A DNA stretch of 63,991 bases, the filler included, from Jimgerdemannia flammicorona (taxonomy: Eukaryota), in the NCBI GenBank assembly GCA_003990765.1. It is 3 parts of 3 records of this genome, joined end to end, with 100 filler letters (N's around TTAATTAATTAA, not from the genome) between each part and the next. Parts side by side here need not be neighbours in the genome. Positions count along the whole stretch, not along the records: positions 21,500 to 42,898 come from RBNJ01001463.1; 2 more parts are not named here. The stretch is one strand, 5' to 3'. Shown piece by piece: positions 22,978 through 37,537 of this stretch. The notes under the pieces were generated by a model. It was not told where the DNA came from and did no database searches. It saw only the letters and a program-made list of their open reading frames with translations. Within the stretch, counting starts at the first letter, position 1, and every line of letters begins with the position of its first letter. Made by a program: the position numbers and the translations under genes.

Positions 22978-25900
22978 CATCTTTCTCTACTACCATTCAT
23001 ATAATACAAACTTTGAAACATACTTCTGAACAGTTTATTAGGGAAAGATACTAAGGTTATGGCAACCAACAAGCAAGCCAACATGTATACTAGATCAGGT
23101 GAACCTGGAGCCTTCAACTGGCAATATATTGGATAAGAGTATAGATTAGAAATGGGGGCTTTTGGTGGTCCAAGTGGGCAGAGCAGTTCAGGTAATAGTA
23201 GCAGCACTAGAGGAGGAGTAGGAGGGCAAAAGGAGAGGAGCTTTGCAGATATACTGAAGGATGGAGGATGGTCTGTTGGATCTTGTGGCAATCAGACAGG
23301 GGGGAAGAGAAAGCAAAGAGAAGTGGAAGTAGAGAGTCAGCATCTTGGTTGGATGGTAGAAGAGCTGATATAGTAGCAGCTGGGAGAAGAGGGGGGACTG
23401 CTGATAGTGGTATGACTGGGAATCTGGAAAAAAATCCAGATGTGACTACTGATGGTGGGGCTGGACTGATGGGACCAAAGAGGAAGTTGGACCTGGCTGA
23501 TAGTGTGACAGGGCTAGTAGTGGCACCATTACTCAAGAAGTCAATCTCAGAGTTTGTGGTAACCCTGTGCTTCTGGGACTTGGCAGTGACAGCAAGGATA
23601 GTCCTGGGGCTTATCTCTAAGCAAGTGGCTAGAGCTGTCTCAGTAAAGTTCCTGAAGGGTCTAGAGGGGGTAGAAGTGGGTTTCAAGGAGGTGGGCCTAC
23701 TGAAGGAAGTATTGAAGACAGAAGTAGCAGTAGGAGAGGTGATGGTCCCTATAGTATACTGTTTGAGGTGGGACCTCAGAGTGGTTTAGCTACTGGTAAA
23801 GGGAGTACCTATGGTGACAATAGTTGAGACTAGAAGGAGGGTTGAGGAGGTAATGGTGAAGTATGATAATGTGGTTGATATTGGGTTTCAGATGTGGGAG
23901 GGGACCACTTTCAGAACTAGAGATATTGATATCAGGATCTACCTGGCTAAGAGAGAAGCCACTGGAAAGACAAGTAACTGACTATTAGTAATGTTTTGAG
24001 GGGCCTTCATCTGTAAGATATCAAGAGTGAAGTGGAGTGAGGAGGAGGAGGAGGATCTTCTGGTAGCATTAAAGGAACTGAGAGGAGCTGTGGAATATTA
24101 GGCAAAAGCTTAGAAGACTTATGTAGACTTGATACATTTGGAGATAGGAGGAGAAACATATTCAGATAGATAAGGGGCAGTGGGAGAGGGCCCAAGAGAG
24201 GAAGTAGCAGAGAGATTTGCTGACTAGTATGAAGGAGAGTGCTATCAAGGAACTGAGTGGAGCAGGGGGGCTGGAGGGGACTATGTGGGCCAGTGGAGGA
24301 GAGGAGCTGAGGGAGGAAGGTGTTTAGATAGCCAGGAGAGCTTGAGATCAGACACTGTATGATGATGGTATACTGGAGGTCTTTGAGGACAATAAGGATA
24401 GCAAGGCACCAGTGGGCCCTGAAAAGAGGCAAGGTGGTGAGGAGGTTGAGATGAGGGGAACACAGAGGGTCAGGTTTAGGGTCCCTGATACTGAGATGAG
24501 AGGACAGGCTGAAGGATCTAAGGAGGATGAGTTGGTGGATGTCTCAGATAGCAAGTGAGAAGAATCTGCCAGCATAGGGATTAACATCTCTATACTGAGT
24601 GAGGGAAGGCCAGATATATCTGGGGGGAAAGATATTGGTGACATGAGGTAGATGTACCACATTATGCATAACCTGGTGGCTGAGGAGTTGAAAGAGGTGA
24701 ACTTGAGAGTTGTCAGTGAGGAGTACTAGAAGAGGGTCCTGTAGAGAGATGGAATGATTGAGGCTCTCAAGGTTGAGATATTGGAAATATTCATAGAGGA
24801 GGAGAGGTATGAGTTGGATGAGGCAAGGGAGAAAGAGTTGGTAGTGGCTGCTAGAGAATGGGCTGCTTTCTGGTGAGAGCAGAGGAGGGGATTTCAACTG
24901 TGGCAGAGAACATGCCAGAGTATAGGGATATGATAGAAGAGAAGGAGGATGTGGAACTGGCTGACCTTTTGACAGAATTGGAGGTAAATAAGCAAGCAAG
25001 TATGGAGTCTACTACAGAGCAGGGAACAGATCAGGCAAGAAAGAAACAGAGGACTAAGTTATAAAGAGACTTTCTTCTAAATATTATTTCTAGTGAACAG
25101 TATAATTAACATTTTTTCTCTGAATGTGAATGGATTACAGAACTCTGGGCAGCATAAGAACATTTTTACTTGGCTTAAGGAATTGGAGGCTGATCTCTTT
25201 TTGCTACAGAATGTACATTGTAAGGATGATTTAGATTAAGTGAAGTAGACTAGAGAATGGGGAGGGGCTGTAGTTTAGATTAGCAAGATGGCAATTCTGG
25301 TGAAGAGTGGTAATGGATATCTAGTTAGAATCAGGAGCTGGGGAGACCATCTGGTATTGGGGAAATGGAATTGACCTGGGTGGGATTCAGTGAGATTTGG
25401 CTCTTATTATTGTCCCATGGCTCAGATTGAGAGGATTGCATGGATCAAGGATCTGTTAGTGGAGGGTACTCCTCTGGAGGATGGAGTAGATGTTCTGGGA
25501 GGCAACTTTAATATGGTGTGGGACCTTCAGTTGGATAGAACTGATGGAGGAAGAAGTGCTGGTAAAAGGAGTGGGGAACTGGATGCATGGGAGGAGGTGG
25601 AGAACCTTAGCTCCTTAGAGAATAGGGGCAGAACATTGTGGAAAGAAAAGAGGATCTACACATACTGGGTAAATGGCCTAGATACAAGGATTGACTAGAT
25701 CCTGATAGCTGAATACTGAGGCATGGATATTTAGAGGAACTTGAAGGTTAAGTAGTACCCATGTTCAGATCACTGGAGAGTGTTAGAGTAGTGGCAGTTT
25801 GGGGCGAGTAGAGATGGGCCCAGACATTGGCATCTTAACTCCTCTTTACTGACTAAGAAAGTATTGTGGGACCCTTGGGTAGAGGACATCCAGAAGAAGA

Positions 25901-28900
25901 TTGCTAGTTAGATATGTGAGGACTCACCAGTAGGTGTCCAGTAGATGAAGCTGAAAGAGGCTGTAAGAGTTTACTGGGGTAGAGCTGATAGAGATGCTGG
26001 AAAGCAGAGGAGGAGAAAGGTGAGGTGGGCTTCCAATAGGTTGGTCAGATTCCAAATAGAATGGGCAGACTTGTTAAATTCTGGAGAGATGGATGATGGG
26101 AGATTGGTGCAAGCTAAGTTTGAGGTAGTAGAGTTATAACAAGGGCTGAGAGAGGAGAAGAAGATGCATATGAAAGACATGGCAGCCAGGCTGAGGTGGC
26201 AGGGACTTGAGGAGAGTGAGAGGCCTACTAGGTATCTGTCAAGGCTCCTCCAGGCAAGAAGGATGTGGTATCATTGAGATGGAGTCCTTGATATAGAGTG
26301 AGAACTCGTACATGGTATATAACAGATCCTGGGGTTGCTAAAGGAGCAATGGAGGGGTCTGTAGAGTGAGGAGGAAGGGGGGACTGATGTCAAGACAATT
26401 GGAGATACTCTGGAGGATTGGGAGCCACCACAGATGGAGTGTCTGGGGGACTTGATCCTACCAGTCCAAGAGGAGGAGATCCAAAGAGTCCTTGCAACAA
26501 CTAAACTTAGAATAGTACTAGAAGAAGATGGATTACCTTAGTACTATTGGAAGAAAATAGTGAGGGTCCCTGGAGTATTGGGAGATATAATAGCCCTCTG
26601 AGATCTGGTTCTCCTGAATGGTGAGTTGGAGGACAGGATTTAGGGCTAGTGGCCCTATTATATAAGGACAAGAGAAGGAGGGAGGACTGAAAGAACTGGA
26701 GGCTGATCATGCTCCTTGATATGGACAGAATGATAGTTACTAAGGTGATTGTAGCAAGATTGCAGAAGGTTGCCCAACAGGTACTGGGTGAGGAGTAGCA
26801 GAGTTTTGTTAGAGGTAGACTTATCAGAGATGGGATAGCTTGGGTCTATGGTATCATTGAAGGAACTCAGGCTAGTGGATTAGATGGGAGATTGGTCTTC
26901 TTAGATCAGGAGAAAGCCTATGACTGTGTTCAACAGGTGTGGCTGGACAAGATATTGGACAGAATTGGTATTCTCTCACCTTTTTACATCTCTATACTAA
27001 AGCTGTTAGAGGGCAGTAGAGTGGCTCTAATGGGTAATAGTCACTAGGGTCTAACATTTCTCTGAGATAGAGGAGTCTCTCAGGGGGATCCACTGTTGTC
27101 TATACTATATGCCCTTTCATTAGAACCTTTGATAGATAGGATCTGATGGAAGGTGACAGAACTCTCTATCAATGGTGTGGTTTTAGAAGGTGGGGGCCTT
27201 TGTGAATGATATAGTGGTTGGACTTAGATCAGTAGCAGATGTTGAGGATGGTGGAATGGTATGAGGTATACTCTAGAGCAAATCCCAACTAGTATAAGTG
27301 TGAGACAATGGTGCTGAGAAATGGGCTGATGGGAGGGGATGTCATTGGAACAATTGTCTCTACTAGAGAGGCTGTGAGATATTTGGACATCTTTCTTTTA
27401 GTATATGGGTCTGCCTTGCCACAGGTGTGGTGGGAGAGTAGGGTGACTATCTGGGGGGAGACTCTTAGAGGTTGGGGAGGTCACTACATCTCTCTGGTAG
27501 GTTGGATATTAATTCTGAATGTCTACTAATTCCCTAGGCTGTGGTATATTGTATATCATTTGGACTTTCTAGCTTAGGTAGTGAAGAGACTGGTGAAACT
27601 GGTTAGAGATTGGATTTGGGCTAGGAGGTGGTCCCAGATCAGTTGAGATACCCTTTTAATGCCAGTAGATGGAGGGGGACTAGGACTGGTGGATTTTCCT
27701 AAGCAGCTACACTGTCTGAGAGCTTGGTAGTTGAAGAATATTATTGAACTATAAGGTATTGGGTGGGTGCCTCTGTTGCAGAAGGTGTGGGAGATGAGAT
27801 TCTCTCCAAGAGAGTCCTCAGGAGATCTGCTGTCCCTGGTGGATCTGGGGGAAAGCCACCAGATAAGATATAAAGAATTCTGATAGAGGTACCAGATAGA
27901 GTACACCATATTGGCTTGTGCTGGCATAGTAATGAAGGAGAGATGCTGTTGGGACCAGCTATATGGTGATAGAACAGACTCCTATTAGGGGGTACTCTAC
28001 TTATTGAGTTTGATACTGGTGATGAAGTAGAGTGTCAGCAGGAACTTGGTCAGGACCTTTGGTCTAGCAGTTGGCAAGCAGTAAGGATTGGAGGAGAGAG
28101 AGACTAGGTGGGAGTCTGGTCATGGAGTGCTGAGGTACAGAGGTGGCTTCTTCCCAAGTTCTGGGTAGTATCAAGGTCATTCACAGTTACCACTCACATT
28201 ACACACACTTTTACAATACACTTTTAAAGTATTTATTAGAGAAAGATACTAAAGTCATGGTAACCAACAAGCAAGTACTAGGTTGAGTAGACCTGGAGCC
28301 TTTGACTGGCAATATATTGGATGAGGGTATGGTTTAGAAATGGGGTCTTTTGGTGGTCTGAGTGGGTAGAGCAGTTCAGGCAGTAGTAGTAGCACTGGGG
28401 TAGGAGTAGGAGGGCAGAAGGAGAGAAGCTTTACAGATATACTGAAGGCTAGTAGTTGGCCTGTTGGATCTTATGGTGGATAGATAGAGGGCAAGGGGAA
28501 GCAGAGGGAAGGAGAAGTAGGAGATGTAGCTCAGCAGCCTGTGGGTGAAAGGACTGGTAGAGCAGCTGCTGGTAGTGGGGGGACTGCTGATTGTGGTGTA
28601 ACTGGAAATCTGGAAAAAAATCCAGATATAACTATTGATAGTGGAACCAGACAGATGGTACTGAAGAGGAAGGGAGACCTGGCTGATGGTGTGATAGGGT
28701 TTGCAGTGGCACCATACTCAAGAAGTCAATATCAGAGTTTATGGCAACCTTGTGCTTCAGTGACTTAGCATTAATGGAAAGGATGGTTCTGGGGATCAAG
28801 TGGCTAGAGCTGCCTCAGTGAAGTTTCTGAGGAGATTGGAGGGAGTGGAGGCGGGTTTTGAGAAGGCAGGTCTATTGGAGGAGGCTTTGAAGACTAGAGT

Positions 28901-31900
28901 GGCAGTAGGAGAGATGGTAATCCCTATGGTGTGGGGTTTGAGGTGAGACCCCAGAGTGGTTCAGTTACTAGTAAAGGGGGTACCTATAGTGATGAAGGTT
29001 GAGAATAGGAGGAGTATAGAGGAGGTGATGGTAGAGTATGGTGATGTGTTGATATTAGATTCCAGATGTGGGAGAAGACTGCTTTCAGGACTAGTGATGT
29101 TGATATTAGGATTAGACTGACAGAGAGAGAGGCCACAGTAAAGACAAGCAACTGGCCTTCAGTTATGTTGTAGGGGGCCTTTATCTGTAAGGTGTCAAGG
29201 GTAAAAGAGAGTGAGGAGGAGGAGGAGGAGGAGGATCTGTTAAAGGCTCTGGAGGAGATGAGTGGAGCAGTAGAGCAGAGGACAAAGGCCTGGAAGATGT
29301 ATGAAGAGTCTACACATTTGGAAATTGTGGATGGGAAATATATTCATACTGACAAGAGGCAGTGAGAGAGGGCTCAAGGGTGCATGAGACAGAGGGAGTT
29401 ATTGGTGAGCATGAAAGGAGGGGTGAAGAAGAGTACTGATGGGAAGGAGGGCCTGGATGGAGCCAGGAAGATATTGCACAATGACCCTTATGCTGATGGT
29501 ATGTTTGAAGTCTGGGAAGAGAAACTAGATGACACTTTCTCTCTTGTCAGGAGGGGTCTAGCTAAGAGGAGCAAGGCAGCAGAGGATGTGCTGATGTGTG
29601 GTGCCCAGTGAGTATACTTTGGAGTTTCTGACATAACAAAAGAGGGATAGGTGGTGGCAGTTATTGAGGATGAGCTGGTAGATATTCTGGAGTAGTGGTG
29701 GGATGAGACTACAAGTGTAGGGGCCAACACCACCAGGAGGTCAGCAACACCAGAAGGGAAAGAGGTGAGAAACCTACTGTGGATGTGCAGGATGATGAAC
29801 AACCTTGCAGCTAAAGTGGGAGAAGTGGACCTGAGAGTGATGAGTGAAGATCATTGGGCATAGATCCTGTATGGTGATGGAGTAGTGGAGGTACTGAAGG
29901 TAGAGGTGCTTGCAATTCTTCTAGAGGAGGAGGGGTATGAGGTTCACAAGGAGAGGGAGACTGAGCTGGTAGTTGTTGCTGGTGAGCAGACCACTTACTA
30001 TTGGGCAGAGCTTTATGGCCTGAAGCTTTGACAGGAGGCCTGCCTAGAGTATCATAAGAATTTTGAAGAAAAGAAGGATGGGGAGATGGCTGAACTTCTG
30101 GTTGGATTGGAGACAAATGAGGCTAAATAGAATGGATTAGCTGCTGAACACAACTTGGATATAGTACAAAAGAAGAGGGATGTGGATTTGTAGACAATGT
30201 ACAAGATCTTACTTCTAAACTTTATTCCCAATAAATAGTACAACTAACATTTTTTCTCTGAATGTAAATGGGTTATGGAGATCTTAGTAGTGGAAGAACA
30301 TTTTTACTTGGCTTAAGGGATTGAAGGCTGATCTCTTTCTGCTATAGAATATATAATATAAGAATGATGTGGATCAAGTAGAGCAGACTAGAGAATGGGG
30401 AGGAGCTATAGCTTAGATTAGCAAAGTGGCAATTTGGTGCAGAGGGATAAAGGGGAATTAGGTGGAATCAGAAGCTAGAGAGACTGTTTAATATGGAGAG
30501 AATGGTATCAACCTGGGTGGGAACCAGTGAGAGTTGGCTCTTGCTACTGCCTGGTAGCTAGGAGTGAGTGGATTGTATGAATTAAGAGTCTTCTGGATAA
30601 GGGCACATTCTGAGAGAAAGAGGTGGATGTTCTGGGAGGTGACTTTAATATGGTGTAGAATCTTCAGTTAAATAGAATTGATGGAGAAAGGACTGCTGGT
30701 GGAAGGAGTGGTGGCCTGGATGTATGGGAGGAGGCGGAGAACCTTAGCTTCTTAGGGGATATGGGCAGAATATAGTGGGGAGATAAGAGGATTTACATGC
30801 ATTGGGTAAATGGCCTTGATACAAGGATTGACTGAATACTGATAGCTGAATGCTGGGGCCTAGATGTTTAGAGAACTCTGGAGGTAGAGTGGTGCCCATA
30901 GTCAGACTACTGGGGACTGTTAGGATAGGAGGAGTTTCAGGAGAGTGGAGATGGATCCAGACATTGGCACCTTAACTCCTCTCTACTGGCTGAGAAGGTA
31001 ATATGGGACCTTTGAGCAGAGGACATTCAGGTAATGATCATAAGCTGGATATATGAGGGCTTGTAAGTGGATGTCTGGTAGATAAAGTTGAAAGAGGATA
31101 TGAGAGTCTACTATAGAGAAGTTAGTAGAGATACTGGGAGATGAAGAAGGAAAAGAGTATAGTGTACTTCCAATAGGTTGGTTAGATTGCAGATAGAATG
31201 GGCTGATTTGATAAACTCTGGTGAGATGGATGAATGGAGGTTAGTGTGGGCTATATTAGAAGTAATGGAGTTACAACAGATATTGAGAGAGAAGGAGGAG
31301 ATGTATGTGAAAGGAATAGCAGCTAGGTTGCAGTAGCAGGGGCTTGAGGAGAGAGAGAGGTCAACTAGGTACTTCTCAAGGTTCCTCCAGGTGAGAAGGA
31401 TATGACATTGGTGAGATGGAGTCCTTGATGCCAAGGGAGAAATAGTACATAGTATACAACAGATCTTGGGGTTGCTGAAGGAGCAGTGGAGGGGTCTGTG
31501 GAGTGAGAAGGAAGGAGGTACTGATGCAGAGGTAATTGGAGACACTCTGGTAAACTGGAAGCCACTGCAAGTAGAGGGCCTGGGGGATTTGATTCTTCCA
31601 GTCCAAGAGGAGGAGATTCAGAGAGTCCTTGTAGTAACTAAGTTTGGTATGGTACCAGGAGAGGATGGTCTATCTTGGGACTTTTGGAAGAAGATAGTGG
31701 GGGTCCCTGGGGTATTAGGTGAGATGGTGGCTCTCTGTGATTTTTTTCTCCTGAGAGGTCAGTGGGTGGGAGGGCAGAACCTAGGGCTTGTGGCCCTATT
31801 GTATAAGGATAAGGAGAGGAGGGAGAATTGGAAGAACTGGAGGCCAATCATGCTGCTGGATATGAACAGAAAGATGGTGACTAAGGTGATTGTAGTGAGA

Positions 31901-34123
31901 TTACAGAGAGTTGCCCAACAGGTATTGTGTGAGGAGCAGTAGGGCTTTGTTAGAGGCAGACTTATCAGAGATGAGATGGCCTGAGTCTATGGTGTCATTG
32001 AAGGGGTAAGGGCTAGTGGATTGGATGGGAGACTGGTCTTTCTGAACCAGGAGAAGGCCTATAACCATATTCAGCAGGTGTGGCTGGGCAAGATGCTAGA
32101 CAGAATAGGAGTTCTGCCATTATTTTGAGCTTTTTTGTTGAATTTGTTAGAGAGTAGTAGGGTGGCACTAATGTGTAATAATTACCAGAGTATGGAATTC
32201 TCCTTGGGGAGAGGGGTTACCCAGTGGGATCCACTGTCTTCTATTCTATATACTCTTTCTATAGAACCTCTGATAGATAGAATTTGGCAGAAGGTAGCAG
32301 GGCTCACTATTTATATTATGGTGTGGAAGGTGGGGGCCTTTGCAGATGACATAGTGGTTGGACTTAGATCAGTGACAGATGTTGAGGCTCTTAAGGAGAC
32401 AGTAGAATAGTATAAGGCACACTCTGGAGCCAAACTCAACTGGTATAAGTGTGAGACAATGGTGCTGGGAAATGGATTAGTGAGAGGGGACATCATTGGA
32501 ACAATTGTCTCAACAAGAGAGGCAGTGAGATATCTGGGCATCTTTCTTTCAGTGTATGGATCAGTCTTGCTGCAGGTGTGGTGGGAGAGTAGAGTGGCCA
32601 TCTGGAGGGAGGTACTTCAAGACCAGGGAGGTTGCCATATCTTCCTGGTGGGCCAAGTAAGGATTCTGAATATTTACTGATTCTCTAAGCTATGATATAT
32701 TATCTATCACTTGAACTTTCTAGCTATCATAGTGAAGAGACTGATGAAGCTGGCTAGGGACTAGATTTGAGCTGAGAGGTGAACTGAGATCAGTTGGGAA
32801 ATCCTTTCAATACTAGTAGTTTAAGGAGGGCTAGAACTGGTGGACTTTTCTAAGAGTCTACACTGCCTAAGAGCTTGGTGATTGAAGCAGACTATGGAAC
32901 TGAGGGGAGGTGGATGTGTGCTATTGATGCAGAAGGTGTGAGAGATGAGATTCTCCCCAAGAAGGTCCTTGAGAGATTTGCTTTCCCTGGTAGATATGAT
33001 CAGCTGCAGTATAAAGGCTTCTGATAGTGGATAGCAGATGGAACACACTGTATTGGCTTATACTGGCATAGTAATGAAAGGGAGATCCTGTAGGGACCAG
33101 CTATGTAGTGATGAGACAGATTACTTCTAGGGGATACTCCTCTTATTGAATTTGATATTGGTGATAGAGTGGAGTATCAGAGGGGACTTGGTCAGGATCT
33201 TTGGCCTAGTGGTTGACAAGCAGTGAGGATTGGTGAGGACTGGAATTGGGCAGAAGTCTGGGCATAGAGTGCCAAGGTATAGAGGTGGCTTCCTTCCAAG
33301 TACTAGGTAGTATAGTGGCAGGTACTATAGAGAAATATTATGTTGAATTTCTATGCTGGGTATCTGGTAGATGGCAGCCTACTGAAATGTGAAGCATGCA
33401 ATAATGTCAGATAAGTTGGGGAATTTGGGCAGATATCAGAATATTGGCTGAGAGAGTGTGAGGTTCTGGAAGACTTTTGGATAGTAGTAGGAGACTGGCT
33501 GAGTATTAAGAGGAGACCAGAGGGGGAGAGAGGTCATTGAGAAGATTTGAGAACTAGGTTGGTGGATGGGGTGGACAATGTATGGCTCACTATAAGGTGG
33601 GTTTTAGCTGTATAGATAAGGCTAGCTGATCATTGACTCTTCATTTTTGAGGAGGGGTGACAGCTGGGTATGCAGGAGAGGTTGTTAAGATGAGAGGAAT
33701 TAGTGGTAGATATATTGACAGAGTGGTTGGTTGGATAGAGTCCCAAGGGTGGGTGTCATCACCATTGGTGGAAATGATTTGTGGACAGAGTGGTGGGCAA
33801 GTGGAGGTAATTAATAGCCTAGTGGTCTTTAATTAAGAGAGAGTAGGGAGTGGGGGGACCCCTAGGGAAATCGGATAGAGGTGGGCTTAGTGTATTATAT
33901 ATGGGATAGGGCTGTTATTAATAAAGGCAGGAGTCTGAGTGACTATAAAAAAAATAAAAAAATAAAAATAAAAAAAAGTGCCAAGAGTATGGTATCAGAT
34001 ACTATAGAGGAATGTCATGTTGAATTTCTGCTCTAGATATCTGACAAATAGAGGACTCCTAGAATGTGAGGGGTGTTATAATGTAGGATAGATTGGGGGA
34101 ATGATACAGATACCAGAACATTG
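22978..34123 (+). mobile_element. L1/Tx1-like LINE copy C (decayed), interrupted by copy D and cut by copy E
   Basis: 5' motif CATCTTTCTCTACTACCATTCA; ORF1 from ATG 23059 to ~25063; ORF2 from 25093 to ~28171, resuming at ~33985 (..RNVMLNFC..EC..C..PEHW) up to 34123. Confidence 0.88.
28172..33977 (+). mobile_element. L1/Tx1-like LINE copy D (full-length, decayed)
   Basis: ORF1 from ATG 28257; ORF2 from ~30231 (NWRPIMLLD, KVGAFADD, CCHC); AATAAA and poly(A) at 33946-33977; no clean TSD seen. Confidence 0.9.
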
Positions 34124-36220
34124 GCATCTTTCTCCAGTAACATTTAGGTTACAAACCTTCTGGTAACTCTTATGACACAGTTTTGAAGAAAGATACTAGA
34201 AACATAGTGACCAACAAGTATTCTGAGGTATGTACTGAGCAGGGAGACCTAAGTACATTCAACTGACAATATGTAGAGAGAAGCCCTGGCTTAGAGGGAA
34301 GTATGAGAGAAGGGGAGGAAGCAATATTGATGAGGGGAGTAGAAGGGTGAGCTTTGCAGATATGGTAAAGGAGAGACAGATGGTAACTAGACTGAAGAGC
34401 TGGCTGAGGAAGAGCAAGAAGATAGTGAAGAATGCAGAGCAGCAGCAGCCAGAGAGAGCCTTACTGGGTGGCCAGCATAGGGGGGCTAGTGGTGTAGTGG
34501 CTATGAGGGTGACTGCTAATGAGAGTATGATGGGAGATCTAACAAAAAAACTAGATGGGACTGCTAATGGTGGACTAAGTGGTGAGAAGAGTATGAGGTC
34601 TAGTGATCTAGCTGATGGTGTAATGGGACTAGCAGTGGCACTGTTACTCAAGAAGTCAATCTCAGAGTTCACAGTAACTCTATACTTCTGAGGCCTGGCA
34701 GTGACAGTGAAAATGGTCCTGGAACTGATTGCAAAGTAGATGGATAGAGCAGTGTCAGTGAAGTTTCTGAAGGGCTTAGAAGGGGTAGAGGTAGGCTTTG
34801 AGAAGGCTGAGGTATTGGAAGCTATACTGAAGGCAGAACTGATTGCAGAGGAGATGTGTGTTCTGATGATATAGTGCTTGAGGTGGGACCCCAGGGTGGT
34901 GTAACTTCTGGTAAAAGGAGTGCCCATGGTGATTGCTATAGAGATGAGAAGAAGAGTGGAGGAGGTCATGGCTAAGTATAGAGAGGTAGTTGATGTTGGA
35001 TTCTGGGTATAGGAAGGGACCTCATTTAGAACTAGAGATGTTGATGTTAGGATTCCACTGATAGAGAAGGAGGCTACAGGGAAGGCTATGGACTGGCCTT
35101 CAGTGATGGTTTGGTGGGCTTTCTGGTATAAGCTGATGAGAGTGAAGGGGAGTAAGGAGGAGGAAGAGGACTTGGTATAGGTACTGAAGAAGTTGTGTAG
35201 TGCAGTAGAGTAAAGGACAAAGGCTTAGAAGGTATTTGTGAAGTTGATGCACCTGGAAATTGTTGATGGAAAGTGGGTCCACATCAATAAGGGGCTGTGG
35301 GAGAGGTCCCAAGAGCATAAGAGGTAGAGGTAGTTGCTGGAGAAAATTGAGAAAGAGGCAAAGAGGAATGCTAGTGGTAGTGATGATACTGAAGGAGCCA
35401 AGGTGAGTATCTAGACTAGCAAAAGTGGAGGGAATGAGGAGGTGGGTTGGGAGGAGGCCAAGAAGGTGCTGAGTAAGGACTCATATAAGGATAGTACTTT
35501 TGAAGTCTGGGAGAATACACCTCCCCTTCTTGTAAGGAAGAGACCAGCTGCAAGAGGCCAGATGGCAGAGAATGTGCTAATGTATGGTGTCCAGCATATA
35601 CACTTCAGAGTTCCTGATGTGGCAGAGGGGAGACTGGTGGTGATAGCTGGTGTAGAGAAATTGATGGATGTACCAGAGGAGGAGTGGGATGAGTCTGTAA
35701 GTATAGGGACTAATATGATGATATTGGATGGAGGAAGGCCAGCAACTCTAGAGAGGAAGAAGGTAGGGAACCTACTTTGGGTATACTGGATGATGAATAA
35801 CTTGGTGGCTGAGGAGTTATGGGAAGTGGACCTTAGAGTGATGAGTAATGAGCATTGGACACAGATCCTGTGGGGTGATGGAGTGATAGCAGCATTGAAG
35901 GCACAAATACTTACAGTGTACTTGGAGAAGAAAGAGTATGAGGTAGATAAGGAGAGGGAGGCTGAGCTGGCTGTTATTGCTGGTGAGTGGGCCAACTACT
36001 ATTGGGCTAAGCATCATAGATTGTAGCTCTGACAGGAGGCTTGTCTGAAGTATCATGAAGATTTTGAGAAAAAGGAGAATTGGGAGATGGCTGAGTTACT
36101 GGTTGGATTGGAGGCTACAAGGGCTGAAGAGGATGTGTCTGCTGAACACAACCTGGACATGGGATAGAAGACATTAAGCATGAGTCAGTAGAGGATGTAC
36201 TTGATATTGGGGCCAGAACA
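34124..36220 (+). mobile_element. L1/Tx1-like LINE copy E (5' UTR and ORF1; interrupted by copy F)
   Basis: 5' motif GCATCTTTCTCCAGTAACATT; ORF1 fragments 34347-34691 and 35442-36026 homologous to the other copies. Confidence 0.88.
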
Positions 36221-37454
36221 GTACCTTTCTCAGTTATCACTCATGTTATACACACTTTTACAATATACTTTCAAAGCATTTATTAGAGAAAGGTACTAAA
36301 GTCATAGCAACTAACAAGTAAGCTGACATGCATACTAGGTCTGGTAGACCTGGAGCCTTCAACTGGCAATATGTTGAATAAGAGTATAGTTTAGAAATGG
36401 GGTCTCTTGGTGGTCCAAGTGGGCAGAGCAGTTTAGGTAGTAATGGAGGCACTGGGGGAGGAGCAGGAGGTTGGAAGGGGAGGAGCTTTGCAGATATACT
36501 GAAGGCTAGCAGATAGCCTGTTGGATTATATGGTGGGCAGATAGAGGGGAAGGGGAAGCAGAGGAAAGGAGAAGTGGGAGATGTAGCTCAGCAGCTGATG
36601 GGGGGAAGGGCTGCTGGGAGTAGGAGAGAGACTGCTGATAGTGACATAACTCGGAATCTGAAAAAAAATCCAGATGTAACTGTTGATGGTAGAGCCAGAC
36701 AGATGGGACCAAAGAGGAAAGGGGACCTGGCTGATGATGTGATGGGGCTAGTGGTGGCACCGTTACTCAAGAAGTCAAGCTTGGAGTTTGCAATGACCTT
36801 ATGCTTCCAGGGCTTGGCAGTAATGGCAAGGATGGTTAGGGGATTATTTCAGAGCAAGTGGCTGGAGCTGCCTCAGTGAAGTTTCTTAAGGGATTGGAGG
36901 TACTGGAGGTGGGTTTTGAGGAGGCAGGACCACTGGAGGAAGCTTTGAAGACTGGAGTGGCAGTAGGAGAAGTAGTGGTCCCTATAGTGCAGTGTTTGAG
37001 GTGAGACCCTAGAGTGGTTCAGTTACTGGTGAAAGGGGTGCCTACAGTGATGAAGGTTGAGACAAGGAGGATGATGGAGGTGGTGATGCTAGAGTATGGT
37101 GATGTAGTCAATATTGGGTTCCAGATGTGGGAGGGGATCACTTTTAGGATTAGTAATATTGACATCAGGATTAGACTGGCTGGGAGAGAGGCCACTGGGA
37201 AGATGAGTAACTGGCCTTCAGTTATATTATTGGGGGCCTTTATCTGTAAAGTGTCAAGGGTAAAAGGGAGTGAGGAGGAGGAGGAGGAGGAGGATCTGTT
37301 AGAGACTCTGAAGAAGATGAGTGGGGCAGTAGAGCAGAGAGCAAAGGCCTGGAAGATGTATGAAGAGTCTACACATTTGGAAATTGTAGATGAGAGACAT
37401 ATTCACACTAATAAGAGGTAGTGGGAGAGGACTCAAAAGTGCATGAGACAGCGA
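36221..37454 (+). mobile_element. L1/Tx1-like LINE copy F (5' UTR and N-terminal half of ORF1; interrupted by copy G)
   Basis: 5' motif GTACCTTTCTCAGTTATCACTCA; ORF1 fragments 36574-36879 and 37014-37421. Confidence 0.88.
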
Positions 37455-37537
37455 GCACCTTTCACCAGTAACATTCGGGTGACACAAGACTCAGACAATA
37501 CTTTTTACTACATTTTTGGTATCCAGTGACTATCAAC

